A DNA stretch of 41,224 nt from Eremomyces bilateralis CBS 781.70 (taxonomy: Eukaryota): assembly GCA_010015585.1 (NCBI GenBank), contig ML975183.1; one strand, given 5' to 3'. Shown piece by piece: positions 11,750 through 24,659 of this stretch. The notes below the pieces were generated by a model. That model was not told the DNA's origin. It was given only the letters and a program-made list of their open reading frames with translations, and did no database searches. Each line of letters begins with the position of its first letter. Position 1 is the first letter of the stretch. A program made the position numbers and the translations under genes.

Positions 11750-11970
11750 GTACTCTAGGTTGGATTTATAGAGGGCACCGATTACGATGACCTAATCCCT
11801 TTTAAACCTGATAATAATCGAGAGTTAGTTATGGATAAGGGTAGTTAATAGTAGTCGAGGCCTTAAGGGAGATAGTGACTAGGGAGATAATTAACTGGTA
11901 ATCGGGTGCACGTGATAATTGATATTAACATACAGTATCACGTGCTAATCCCAACCCCGCACTATCTGTA
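11750..11970 (-). mobile_element. Probable RIP-degraded Tc1/mariner terminal remnant
   Basis: This is an AT/TpA-rich patch. It ends in ...ccccgcactatctg|ta (minus strand TA|CAGATAGTGCGGGG, a Tc1-like CAG terminus next to a TA). It has an internal inverted repeat, gcacgtgata (11908-11917) / tatcacgtgc (11936-11945). I saw no partner end in the window. Confidence 0.45.
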
Positions 11971-12684
11971 TTAATCATACGGTATTAATAATACCATATG
12001 CATCATTACAGCATCGCTCCGTTCCAGTATGGAAGGTTACAGTAGCTACCTAGCTATCCGAATTTAGGTCGGTAGCAATCGAAGCTCTAACGCAAGGGGG
12101 AATTCATCTTTCATTCATTGAATTGGTTCCGTGGAACTTGGAAGGCGAATTGAAGTGATATGTGAAAGAGGCCGATCCTCCCACTCCATTGCTTTTACGG
12201 GTACTAATTGGATGTAAGTAGGTACCGTCCTACTCGTAAATAACTACTCTATACAGTACTATGTAAACACGTAAGCAACATCAAGCTTCCGTTCTGTGTA
12301 GTTCCTGCATCATCACCCGCCAAACACCCGCCAAACACCCCACACAGAGGGCACTACTGCACAGCACACACACTACGGAGGATTCGTCTAGGTCAGGTAT
12401 TATTCGATTCACTAGAGCGACTCCTGGTATTAATTGGTATCCCAATTCCCCCCGCCTCCCCCCGCCCGCATTGATTGATTAGACTCATCAGCTATTGCAG
12501 TGACTGAGTGAGTGACACCCTCCTGACAGCTACAGCTCCACCTCCTCCTCCCACTCCCTCCACCACCTCCACCTCCTCCTCTGCCACCACTCGGTTCTAT
12601 TGAGTACTGCTATCACTATACGGCCACGACTTGCCTACCTCCCCATCCTCCCCGTCACCGTCCAGGCTACATGCCGCTTTTGGA

Positions 12685-14793
12685 ATGCCACCCCGATCGG
12701 CTTTGACCAGCTCCTTCTCCGTCACAGACGCCAATTTGGAGGTTGTGTGCCCTCTCAAGAACCACGATGGCTCAAGCTGTCGCAAGAGGTGTCTGGGCGT
12801 AAGTCAACTCCCCCCTCTCTTCCTTCGCCTCTGCCACCACCACTACAACCTCCTCTTATCTCTCCCTGTTCAAACCATTGCGACAAGATGTCTTGCTTCT
12901 CCTTCGTGTCCCGCCCCGTCCGTGATCGTTCTCGTCCCTGGTCACTCCATCATCGTCCTCAATTGATCGCTGACATGCAACCGCTGCTGTAGGAGAAGCG
13001 ATATCGGTCCATGCAAGAGCACATCCGTCGTGCCCACCCCGATAACTACATCCCGAAACTCCCAGCGACCGAAGAGAGCTTTCTGTTGATGGTCAATACC
13101 CCTCCATCGCACCGTCCTCATTTACACCAAGCCGACGGTCTCCCCGCTCCGTCGTCATCATTGTCATCCGGTATGTGCCGACCTAGTTGACTGCGCCGGT
13201 TCGATTGAGCCTTCATATGTGTCGCTGATCCACCAGCTCCAGGTTACGGTCTTGACAGGAATGCCTTGTTTGGCGATGAGTATGGTGCGGTCGCTCCTCC
13301 CCGCGTCCCCGAGGAATTTCGTCGCGGATCCCTTCTCCAGGCGTCCCATGCTGCCGCTGCCCTAACCCAGCTGCACAATCATCGCCCGGATTCGGATTGG
13401 GACTCGGAACAGGTCCGTATCCGTCCCCTCTGCCTCAATTTCTGTTGCATCGCGGTATCGACTAACATACGAACCACAGGAGAGCGCGGGGGAGTTCGGT
13501 ACCTCGTCCCAACTAGGCATACATGCTACGTGCAAAAGCAACCAGCTCACATACCTGCAGGTCGATCGTCCACGCTACCTCCCTTCGCAAGCGGCCGACC
13601 CGTCAAACCGAACCGACCGCGGAAGCCATCGGTGGGCCAGAATGCTCGTAAGGCCAAACACGAAAGGCAGAGAAGCAATGATCACGCGCGGAGGATGAGT
13701 TATGATAGGAAAGCGTACAGTGCGGAACCTTCGAGCATGGCCCAACTGATGGGAAAGAGATGGGAAGATCTGATTGATGCTGCAGCCAGTGCGACCGAGG
13801 AAGATGGGAGAGACCTCACTCCGGTTCGTTTTGGGTGCCCTCTCCATCCCTTCCACCTCTCCTATCTTTGATAGCGGAGGTAGGGTGAATGTCGAAGCGA
13901 AGCAAACATCGAGCTCACCTATGGCCTAGATACCCTCGTCGCCCCACCCGACGAAATCGCAACCGAACCACGTTTCCAACGATCGATCCTCCCTTCCACC
14001 ACCGTACCTTGCAGGTAATCGAAACTCCGGTGGTTACGCCGCTTCGCCGTTAGCACGAACGCTCACACCCCCACCTCCAGACACGTCCGATCTGCAGCCG
14101 TTTCCTTCCGTCGAATCATCGGTGGACTCAAGTATCTCCGGGCGAAACTTCCACTTTCCATCGTCCATCGGCCTCGGGGACGGTAGTCCCGGGGGGATCG
14201 CGATGAGTAAGACGGGTAGCAGTTCCGGCTACCGCCCACGAAGTGGTCCCGGCTACTCGGGGTCGAGCGGCAGCACCGGGGGCACCCACAGCCAACGGAG
14301 CAGTTACCTTGACGGGTTGCTCGAGCGGTCAGCCGGTGATTCGGCATTTATGTCGCAATACGGGAATCTCAGTGGCATCGGATTCAGCCCCTCGCAACTG
14401 CAGATCCAGCCGCACTTCTCGCAGTCGAACCCTCCCATCGATCCCCACATCACCTCGTCGCCCGTCTCGCGCCCCACGTATCCCACCAGCTCCGCATCGG
14501 GCCACCCTTCCCTTCAACCCCCTGTCTCGCTCATGATGTCCGGTTCCGGGTTCTCGCCACATTACCAGCAGCAGACCAACCCGAGCTCTCGGGTAGTGGA
14601 GATTTACTGCGCTGCCTGCCACCGTCTGGCACCGCTATCGCAGGCATACGCGTGCACGGAATGCATCTGCGGGGTGTGTCCGGCGTGCGTGGACGTATGG
14701 GTGGAGGAGCAGGCCCGAGGGCGAGGGGTCAAGTGCCCGAAATGCGGAGCGGTGGGCGGCAAGTTTAAACGCGTCGGTTTGGATGTGAGATAA
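12685..14793 (+). CDS. Fungal zinc-finger protein (N-terminal C2H2-like, C-terminal Cys-rich RING-like); join(12685..12798,12993..13170,13237..13412,13480..13498,13561..13823,13930..14793)
   Basis: Spliced N-terminus VVCPLKNHDGSSCRKRCLG|EKRYRSMQEHIRRAHPDNYIPKLPATEESF, central GKRWEDLIDAAASATEED and C-terminal CAAC...CTECICGVCPAC...CPKC. All introns are GT-AG and phase-consistent. Confidence 0.85.
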
Positions 14794-16064
14794 GCGGCGA
14801 GAAGACGCAGAGCTAGGTGATGACTTGCGAGGCAATCGAACGTGCTGACGGTGTGCTTCTCTCCCTAGGTCAAGTACAATTGAGCCGGTTGGGCTCGTGC
14901 TGTGGTTTCGGAAAGGGACGAGGGAAGATGAGCCGGGACCGCGGTTGAGACATGGAAAGGACATGGAGAGCAACCCAGCTTCGAGTCAGGTCGGGATGGC
15001 TGGATCTGTCCCAGGCCGGAGCTATTGGTAGGGATGGCTGGCCTTGATGCATTGGAACCGTCGAGGCCATCGGACAAGCGAGAGGGAAGGCTGAGTTCGA
15101 GATTTTGGCACGAGCCATGAAATATGAGGGAGGGTCGGATAGACGGAGATCACGAAGGACTCGGAGGACATGAATAGACGACGAAATGGTAAATTTCTAT
15201 GACGATATCACTCACGGCCGGTGTTGGGTTTGCTTTCTCGTCTGCATAGACTATTATGTCTTGCATAACCGCAGCCTGACGACTCCACTACCAGTGCTAT
15301 CAATATGTACACAACTACGGATATGCACAGGTAATTACCGATACACTCTCACCCAATCCCGTAAAGCGGAAACAGATTACAGAATGGATGGCTATTGTAC
15401 TCCCTACTCTCCATCACTATTGAATTCTCCAATATCATCATACAGTAATATTACGTGTAATATCCACCTCACTTTTCTTTTCCAATGTAGCAGGGATTGC
15501 CAGGAAATTCCTCGCTTCCATTGTCGACCTTCTACGACTCTCTCCCTCCAATTGCGATGATCCAAAGTCGTACTATCCAAGTCGAGGCGGAAGTTAGTTC
15601 AATCACTGTCGTCCACTGACCACTGAGTGGCCCGTCTCTCTGGCTTGCCTAGTGAGTGATGACCGGTGAGTGGTGCGTGATGGTCGTCGATCCCCCTTCC
15701 CACGTCCGGAGCACACAGATTTCATTTCCCCCTCGTTCCCAGTTCATGTTTCTTCCTCTTATCTGGGATCTGGTGATCTGGGATCGGACATTATTTGCGG
15801 GATACACCATTATGGGTTATTATTATTACTCCTCAACTTCTCGTTCATTTTGGATTCCCTAACTTCGGATAACACTTCTAGTATCTTATATCCACCATCG
15901 GAGGAATTCCGCTTCTTTCTCCCCCATGGTGATCCGACCCACCCTTTAGTCTCTATCATCTATGAACCCGTCGACTCCTTTGCCTTCACGTCCACAGTGT
16001 TGGCGCTGATTTCGTGACAAATACCTGCATTTATTTCATTTATTTCCCGTGTCCTCGAGCTACC

Positions 16065-17690
16065 ATGTCCCTTACGGTGAAGGCGTTGAACGGCGACACT
16101 TCCTTCCTCCTCACCTTCGCACCTCCAATCGCTTCCGACGACCTCTCCGACCCGGGCCAGTTCCCTGGCAGCTACACGATCCTGATCGATCCTTGGTTAA
16201 CAGGTTCGGCCGACATCATCTCCTCCAGGTTCTCCTCTTGCAACCATGTCCCTCCCTTTCCCACTGCGTCTCTCGCCGAGCTCCCGGAACCCGATATGAT
16301 CATCATCTCTCAAGACAAACCGGACCATTGTCATGAGGAGACCTTGTGCCAACTGTCGCCCCATATTACATCGGCGATTCTCGCGGCTCCAGCGGCTGCG
16401 CGGAAGATTCGAAGTTGGCAGCATTTCGATTCGGGTCGAATTGAGTCGTTGCAGAAGTACAATCCAGCGCGACCCGCCACCCTATATCGCCTGGAGATCC
16501 CCTCGTTCTCGCCTTCCGGGGAATCAGGCGAAGTCACGGTGGCTTTCATGCCTTCGAAAAGAGACATGACCGGCGTACACAATACCGTTGGCATCACTTA
16601 TCGACCACCGAGCAGCGTGTTGTCCACCACGCAAAAGGCAACCTATCATAGTATCCTTCCCACCCCTCCACACTCCCCGTCTATGACGACCCTCTCCGCC
16701 TCTGTTGGTGCTACCCCCGTCCCATTTTCCCCATCGTCGGTGTCATTCCCCCCATCCCCAGGGGTATATCACCGACCGTCGACAGCGCATTCTCTCAACG
16801 CTCCGCTGTCCCCTCTTACCTCGCTTCCGATGTCCCCATCGCGTCCAACAACCTCACAATCTCAACGATCGGTCCCGATCTCGTTCAGCCAGCTATCCGA
16901 CGTGCCCCCCGTCCCACCACTTCCACCTGCGTATGCCTCCTCGGCACATCAAGTTTCTTCCCTCCAGCTTCACTCGTCGACAATCGCCACCGAACGCGTC
17001 CTTTCGGTGCTCTACTCGCCTCATGGCTTCCTACCGACCGCGAGCTCGAACCACCTCTCGTCCTACCTGACTCCTCTCCTGCGCGCATATGCAACATCAC
17101 ATCTGATGCCGTTGGCAGCCCTCCCCTTAACCTGCCTCATACACCCTTTCAACGACGTCAAGGTGCCCTGGTACAAAGGAGGTATCGTTTCGGCAGGCGC
17201 TCCAAGTGGCTGGGAAGTGATCCGCGGTGTAGGCGCCAGAAGCTGGATCAGTGCGCATGACGGAGACAAAGATGTCCGAGGATGGGGAGTTCGTGGCATG
17301 AAAACCAAAGTGTACGCCGTCGACGAAGTTGTTCGGGGACTCGGCGGTGCCGGCGTCTTGGGCTGCGAGTACTCCAAGGAGAAGCGGGACTCCGGTACCG
17401 CCAGTGCCACAGCGGACAGTCCCACCGCCGGCGCGCAGGACGAGCGACCACCGCGCGTCAGTGCGAGCGACACTGGCGCATCAACGAGTACCCCGGGAAG
17501 CGGCATAAGCGAGGCGGGGAGAAGCACGAGCGAGAGAAGCGAAGGAAGTAGCATGAAGATGCCATTACCACGCACCGTTTTGGCTCGCAGGCCTAGTCTG
17601 GAGCTAGGCGCGTTGGGGAAGACGAAGCGCTCCGTGACGGAGGTATTGAAGCTGGGTGCCGGGAAGGTTTACCGGACGCACGTCGACTGA
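16065..17690 (+). CDS. Metallo-beta-lactamase-fold protein with a degenerate metal motif and a Ser/Pro-rich insertion
   Basis: MSLTVKALNGDTSFLLTF, ILIDPWLTG, IIISQDKPDHCHEETL and WISAHD. The true ATG is at 16065; the ORF track begins at an upstream GTG. Confidence 0.8.
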   Translation: MSLTVKALNGDTSFLLTFAPPIASDDLSDPGQFPGSYTILIDPWLTGSADIISSRFSSCNHVPPFPTASLAELPEPDMIIISQDKPDHCHEETLCQLSPHITSAILAAPAAARKIRSWQHFDSGRIESLQKYNPARPATLYRLEIPSFSPSGESGEVTVAFMPSKRDMTGVHNTVGITYRPPSSVLSTTQKATYHSILPTPPHSPSMTTLSASVGATPVPFSPSSVSFPPSPGVYHRPSTAHSLNAPLSPLTSLPMSPSRPTTSQSQRSVPISFSQLSDVPPVPPLPPAYASSAHQVSSLQLHSSTIATERVLSVLYSPHGFLPTASSNHLSSYLTPLLRAYATSHLMPLAALPLTCLIHPFNDVKVPWYKGGIVSAGAPSGWEVIRGVGARSWISAHDGDKDVRGWGVRGMKTKVYAVDEVVRGLGGAGVLGCEYSKEKRDSGTASATADSPTAGAQDERPPRVSASDTGASTSTPGSGISEAGRSTSERSEGSSMKMPLPRTVLARRPSLELGALGKTKRSVTEVLKLGAGKVYRTHVD

Positions 17691-17989
17691 TGCAGTTTGG
17701 GATGGTCTTACAGGTATATCGAGCGAGGTGTCTCGGATCACTTATGCCTCGATCCAGGAGTCTCGGCGTTCAATGGTCCGCCGTCAATAGTGACGGACCG
17801 GTGGCTTTTATTGTAGATCCTTTTCCATTTAGCGTAGAGCGTCGGAGTCTCGGAAGGCCTATTGGCCTGTTGAAGCGCTGCGCATAGCACAAGTGTAATG
17901 TTAGAAGTTGGTATCTCGTGGTAAAATGCACACTCTCGGGTATCGAATTCCAAGGCTCAAACCCCAAAAACTCCCCCACGTATCGTGGT

Positions 17990-19082
17990 TCATTGTAGCC
18001 GGTATTCATCAATCGTCATGTTCTCCCCAATGCCTCTCCGCAACCCCTCCCGCAACTGATCCCACCGTCCACCGCCACCTTGATTGCCTAATGTCCGCTC
18101 TTTCAAAATCTCCCGCACTTTTCCCAGTCCCATCCTCCTCATTGTTACCGTATCTGCCGCCCCATGTAGCGATCGGCCCCTTCCTCGAAGAAGGTACTCC
18201 TCAAACCAGCCATCCTCGTCTTCATTCATGGGGAGGTTGATCAACTGCATCGCTCGATTCGCTCGATCTTTATGGGTCGACTCGGATGACAGCGCTTCGT
18301 GAATCAGGAGCTCGAGGAGCCCCCGTTGGAGATGCGGGCCCACAGGCTGTGAGCGCATGAAGGAGAAAGCTCGTGGAATGCTGATGCTGCACCGGTAGCG
18401 GAAAAACCGAGTCACCAGGTCATCGCTGGTGATTCGCATGTTGGTCGCGACGTAGAAGGACATGGGGAGACCTCGCAGATGTTGGCTTTCTGGAGGATTG
18501 TGGCCGCCATGCTTTTTCAGTCCGGCCTTCTGATCTCCCTTCTCCTCTTCCGCTTCAGCGCAATGCTCTAGCAAGACCCCGAGGATTTCTTCGTGAAAGA
18601 CGGGCTGTAGGGACGGCTCGGTTAGGTAGCCCACGGCGTGAACGAAGTCGAGACGGTCTAGACACCAGAGGCCAAGCAGCGCGAGATAATACTTTCGAGG
18701 GAGGGTGGACCGCTGAGCGAATCGGGTAGCGTCTGATTCCTCGCTAGGAGTAGTGCTGGTGAGGTCCAGCAGGAGGTAGAAGAGGAGGGAGAGTTGGTGG
18801 TGCGTGGGAATCGGTGCGGACGTAATGCTCTCATGCAAAGTGCGTAACTCAGCGTTGGTTCGGGGAGGGTAGATGTGTGCACCTGATCATCGTTAGCAAC
18901 TCCCTTTTCGGTTTTGAGAATGCATTAATACTTGGGATGTTTAGCAGCTCCAATAGGCGGTCAATGAAGAGCTGCCCATGGAGTTTGCGTCGGTTCTCAT
19001 GGATCTCGTTCTGCAGTGCGGATGCATAGTGGCATCGATGGTTGAAGCTGAAGACGTCGGAGAAGTCTTGAATATCCAACAT
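17990..19082 (-). CDS. ELYS-like nuclear pore complex assembly protein; complement join(18932..19082,17990..18882)
   Basis: RRKLHGQLFIDRLL|..IYPPRTNAELRTLH, HHQLSLLFYLLLD, GLWCLDRLDF..AVGYLTEPSL and LPMNEDEDGWFEEYL are typical of fungal ELYS/Ely5. The 49-nt intron has a gctaac branch site. Confidence 0.88.
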
Positions 19083-19731
19083 AGTAAGGACTGAGGCCAG
19101 GTTAGGGGATGTAGAATAGGGCGCCGATCGATAGGAATATTGAAGTGCAATCGTGGATGGATTAATCAAAGCCAAGTTCCTTTAATGAGGTGTGAGGATT
19201 AGGATGCCGCGTCTAAAGAAGACGCGAAGCACATTGGGATTTCGGAATATAGGGATGGAATCATGACCATACGCATTACTCATGAACTCATTAGAGGAAA
19301 TATAAATCCTTCCTACGTAACTATATTTATTAATCTACAGAATTGAGATTATGTCCTTGTCCAGGATCTTACACGAGTGTAGGAGCCATACGAGAACAAA
19401 GGAAGAATTACTCTCTGGTTGCCTACCAGATGTTACTAGTCTCACAAATACGGTTGGTTCTGATATGTCACTGTATTGTAATGGCTTGCTTCGGGGAAAG
19501 ACGTATGCGTAATTATCTACGGTGCCTATATAACAAGATTCATGGACTTGCCGCGAGTGAATAGCACATGAACCAAGGGGCTTCGTCCCAAACGAGCTCG
19601 GTCTGCACGAATGCTGTGCGGCTGCACTCATGGGGATAGAAACCTGCATCGTCCGGGAAAGCAGCCAAAAGAATTCGCAATTTCAAAGTATAGCTAGGAA
19701 CAGACTGAGAACGGGCCCGTCTTCGCGATAA

Positions 19732-21557
19732 TCAAAGGGTATACTTGAATCCAACCTGGCCCTCGATAGGCTTGGCCAATGTTCCAAGGTCAAGCTGCTT
19801 GTTCTTCAGGTGGAAATAGGCACTGCAAGCGACAAGTGCCCCCAGGATGAAGAACTGAAGCCCTGCTGTGATCCAGAGTCCGGTTCGATAATATGGAGCC
19901 TCCTTCTCCATGAATGTGGTGGACGCGAGGATGCCCCCGATAGCGCCAAACCCAATCTGCAACGCACTTCCGACGGATCTCTTCGACTGCAAGCGGATGT
20001 TGTTCGACTGATATGCAAGGATAGCGGGAATATTACCCTGGCATCCCATCACTCCGAGGAAGATGCCGAAGTATCGAACGCCGTGGTTCGTGTGGTAAGC
20101 AACGATCATCAGTCCGATGATGGTGATGATGGCCTGGGCCGCAATGACGGGCGCTCGAACTCGGTACTTATCCCCCAACCAAGCGAAGCCGAAAGCAGTG
20201 AATACTGCAGCACAGGCGGGGGGTGCTGCCAACGCATTCGCCTCACCGCCAGAATATCCCATTCCCTAAAATACGGTCAGCAAAGCTGTTGGGCGCGAAG
20301 CAACTTCATATCACCTACGGCAATGATGACGGGCGAAAAGTACGCGAACGCATACGCTGGCATGGTTACAGAGGCGAACATGAGTGAGCTGTTGCGATCA
20401 GTCCCGTTCCCGCAATAGCAATCCCAATCAACTTACAAGGTCCAGAGTTTCCAGTCTCCAAGGTGATGGAAGAACCTTCCCCAGGTCAGTTCATCCGGGA
20501 CGGAATCACCTCGATCGCTCTCAATTCGGTTAGCGATGAAGGTCGCCTCGGCGGGGCTCAAGAATCCTTTCCGCTCCGCCTTGTCGGGGAAGTCAATGAT
20601 GAGGAACCAAGCAAGGATGGCGACGACCTGGGTAAGGAGGCCTTCGATGATCTGGCGGAACATTAGCCTCGTTTTCGCAACCATTAACCTATCCGACCGT
20701 GGCATCTTACGAAGATCCATCGCCAGCCCCTGATACCACTAAGTCCTTCCATCTGCATCAAACCAAAGGCAAGGATGCTGGCCAATCCACCAACAAATAC
20801 GGATAGGAGATAGAATGCGGCTAGACTGGATGGGCGATTAGTCAATATCGGGAACTTAGGGTGCAAACTTTCTCCTTACCGTTTCTGGACTTCAAATCGG
20901 ATATACCAACAAGTCGCGAGGTAGACGCAGCCGGGAAAGAATCCTGCAGCATGTCAACAACGTTTCCCCTTCCTAAAAAGTCCCGATGTCATACCAGCTT
21001 CGAAAAATCCCAGCAGAGTACGACAGGCAGTAAGAGCCTGCCAGCTATTCACAAAACCTTGACCAAGCATCACCGTGCCCCATGCGAAGGCAATGAAAGA
21101 GAGCCAATTGGCGCTGCCCACTTTTCGTAGGACAATGTTGGACGGAAGCTATCAACGTATCAGTTTCGCCTTGGGGAGGGGCCCACGTAACATAACGACT
21201 GACCTCGAAGAAGAAGTACGGGATGAAGAACATGGTCAAAGCAATGGCGTACCTGTCTCCAACGGTGAGACCGAGGTCCTTTGCCATACCAGCGACACGT
21301 GCATTGGAAATCTGAAGGGATGGTCAGTCTACGATCGGCTATGCATCACAAAGTCGAATCCGGAAGCCTACGTTTGTCCTATCGATCAGAGAGATGGAAT
21401 ACAATGCTCCGAGGATTGGCAAGAGCCTCCAGTCAATTCTGCGCATAAGCCGCTTTTCAGTGCCAGTATCGAACTCTGGAACCTCTCCTGGAGTAAAGTC
21501 CAGGTGTTTCTCGGCGTCGTCATGAACGACGCCGGTCTTGGGGTCGCCGCTGTCCAT
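19732..21557 (-). CDS. MFS transporter, anion:cation symporter (Dal5/Tna1-like) family; 8 exons: 21372-21557, 21204-21311, 20995-21148, 20880-20943, 20711-20825, 20437-20651, 20319-20388, 19732-20265
   Basis: EKRLMRRIDWRLLP, IDRTN|ISNARVAGM, FFE|LPSNIVLRK, LLGFFEAGFFPG...WY, GIRGWRWIF|IIEG and GDKYRVRAP. Seven canonical introns. Confidence 0.93.
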
Positions 21558-24500
21558 GATTGACTTGGACCACGAAGACTAGGAAGAAGATAAACAACGG
21601 AACGTAGGGGGAAAGGAACAAAGCGAAAGGAGGGGTTGAGGTTTCTTGTAAGACTGTACGTGATCGACGAGGTGCACGATGGATATAAGTATGTAATTTA
21701 GTTGACAATGACTTGAAAGGGAATCCTCTTGTCCTGACCAGCCCTGGGTAAAATATTGTGCCCTGGTCGTTCTGGAGCGTTCTCTCCATTCGCGATGGTC
21801 CGATCGTTCTGGGCGTTGGTCGGAAATGCTGGGACGAACTGGGATCACCTGGACTCCCCCGCAAACTCTCGCCATAATCTCACCAACTCTCCCTACTTGC
21901 AGCGCAACCCCGCTTCCAACACGCGGTCGCCAAGGGCTTCGCATATCGCTTTCGTTGAATCACGTCTCATGATTTGGACGCCTCTTAACTTGGAGACAAG
22001 CCGTCGTGAGAAGCCATTGCATTCAATTGCAGCCTTTTGCGACAACCATGGCGAGATTCCGAGGCTCCTCTTGAACTACTTCCACACATCGAATATTAGC
22101 GTGCGGCGTTTGCCCTTGGGGCATGGACTTTTGTCGCACACGACACGGTGTTCCTGACGGGGGCGACAGACTTCGTCTACGACGGGAATGTTTCTCGTTC
22201 TCTCGTATCGGATTCCCCGGCTCACGGTTCATATTCCTTGTTTTGTGAGTTTAAAGCCGTTGTCGTAGCACCGGGACTATCACATCCGGTCAAACGGATC
22301 GCTTTCGGTCACAAGTTCCCTCGGACTCGTCCTTGATCCTCAAGGAAGGATCAGCCGGTACATAAGACGCGAAGTGCAGCGCCGAATATGTGTACTGTAC
22401 GGGTCAAACAACAAAGGAGTTTAGACAATCCTTTGTTAGATGAATTGTTACTCCCGACCGTAGGAAGTAGGTGGCCAATTGCCCATCTCTCTCGTTTCCC
22501 TAGATTAGACTCCACCAGGGTGGCTCTATCACCGGAACGCCACATAAAACATCATCCAATGAATGAAAGAGGCGTATACTGATGCCCAGCAGCCCAGGAG
22601 AGGCAATAGGCATAAAATAATCTAATGAAAGGCGGTTTAATAATGCCAAGTAGTTCTCCGAACCAAACATGCACGTGACAGCCAGGTTAGGATTGGAGTC
22701 CAAGTACAAATGAAGGATTTGAAACGAAGCGATGCAGGATCTAGACATGGAAAAGAGTCAAAGGGCAACTAAACACAAGATACTGATACTAACGATATAA
22801 AAAAGGAAAAGAATTGTAGCAAGTACTGGAAAATACTTACCATTACCTATCGTAAACCACACAACGCCACTTCTCCTTCAGTGATTCCGACGGTACTGTA
22901 TCGTCGTCCATCTAAGTATCGGTACTGATGACGCCGTGTAGAGAGCGCCTATCAAAGCAAACGACAAAAGGATAACTATGTAAGTACCAAGTATATAAAA
23001 GATGCAAGAGCCAATAAATGGCCGTCGGCGAAGCTCTCTCGGGGGATGACCAGTTGAGGGAACAATGCCCGAAGCCATGAGCTCACGAGATGCATTTTGC
23101 AAATCGACCTGGAGCTCCAGCGGTATCTCTCGCCGGAGAAGTGTCATGAAGAAAGTAACCCGCGTAGGTACTTGTGTAGACTTCATGTACCTCGACTTCA
23201 TATTCCTCAATCCTGCCTGGCTTCCGAGCTATTTAAAAGCTGGGCAAAGAATGTCTCCACAGGAATCCTACTCCGCCTGCCGTTGCTCACTGAGCAGTCA
23301 TCTCTCATCTGCCTCGGCTTCGACCCCAACCCAACTTCGCGTCCCCACTTCATTGGATTCGTCGACCCACCGTCACTATTCCAGTCTCCTAGCTAAACGA
23401 ATGCGGTACAGATACGGAATACCGATATGGTTTTTAAATTAAATATCTGGTCAAGTAGACATTCCCAATAGAAGCCCCGGAGTACAATCACACCGAGGCG
23501 TATCTCCACCAACCTCGAACACACTGCCTCCCTGTTACCCTCTCACCATTTGGCCAATATCGTATCCTGGAACCATTTCGTTGGATTCTCCCCTGGCTTG
23601 TATTCGGTTCAGACTGTGGGAAGAAAAGGATGAGTAAGAAAAGTTCTTCTATTTCGGTTGTCGTTTTTGAGTCCTATTCTCCTTAGATCCGAAACTTTTC
23701 ATTTATACCAAGTCCTGCGCGTTCGTATTTCGTATCCGCTAGACGATGGCAATGCATTTGGCTGACATTCCGAGTGAATTTGTCCGGGCATAAGAGTATA
23801 CCTATAGTTCTATCCACCTTTATGGGGCTCTCGCTGTTAAAACTTACTATTTTTTGCTCTTTGATGCTTTACTCAATTCCTCGAACTTTCTTCGACCTCC
23901 CTACTCAGTCTACCGTACCAAGCCCGCGAGTTTCTTGTTGTTGTCAAAGGCAGGCTCGATGACCTACCGAAAAAGATAGGAGAATCCTAGATGCACGAGC
24001 CTTGTTCGACTCTATTACTTTCAAGGATGGGCTATATATTCGTACTGTGTGTCATTTCGAAATACGATCTCGTTTCCGCTTGACGGATGGATATCGGTCA
24101 GCTCCCTACCATGCCGATATCCGAAAGATCTGGTAGAGTTAATCTCAGCATCAGGCTTCCCTTACGGGTAGAGCCTCCGCCAGCTCCTCTCCTTCCGCAT
24201 GCAATCCTTCAATGGATCGTAGATGCGGCAAGGTTGTTGCTACCTGTGCTGGGGCAAGCGTCTCCTTTGGGAAAGGCACCTCGATTTCGAAATGTCCGAC
24301 TGGAGAGACCGAATATTGCTACCCTGCATATCCGGCAAAGCAAAATTGACCGGGAGCTTATTTGATATCAAGCTTTGCTGATATCACCCTGGGGTTTTCG
24401 CTTCCAGGTCTGTGGCTGCCATTTTCCATGCTATGGCAATCAAAACCCACCGATCTGGTCCACGGGAAGCCTGGCTGCAATCAAAGGCTTCATTTTAGCC

Positions 24501-24659
24501 TGGTGAAGCACATTTGGCTAAGAGACCCACAAGCAATCCCATCAGCCAGCCGGTTTGAATTGAGAGCTCTGTCAATCGGAACACAAGATACATAATGCAA
24601 TGGATCCTCCAAATCCTCACCCAGTTTCCACACGCTAATCATAATTTGTTTTCCTCAGC

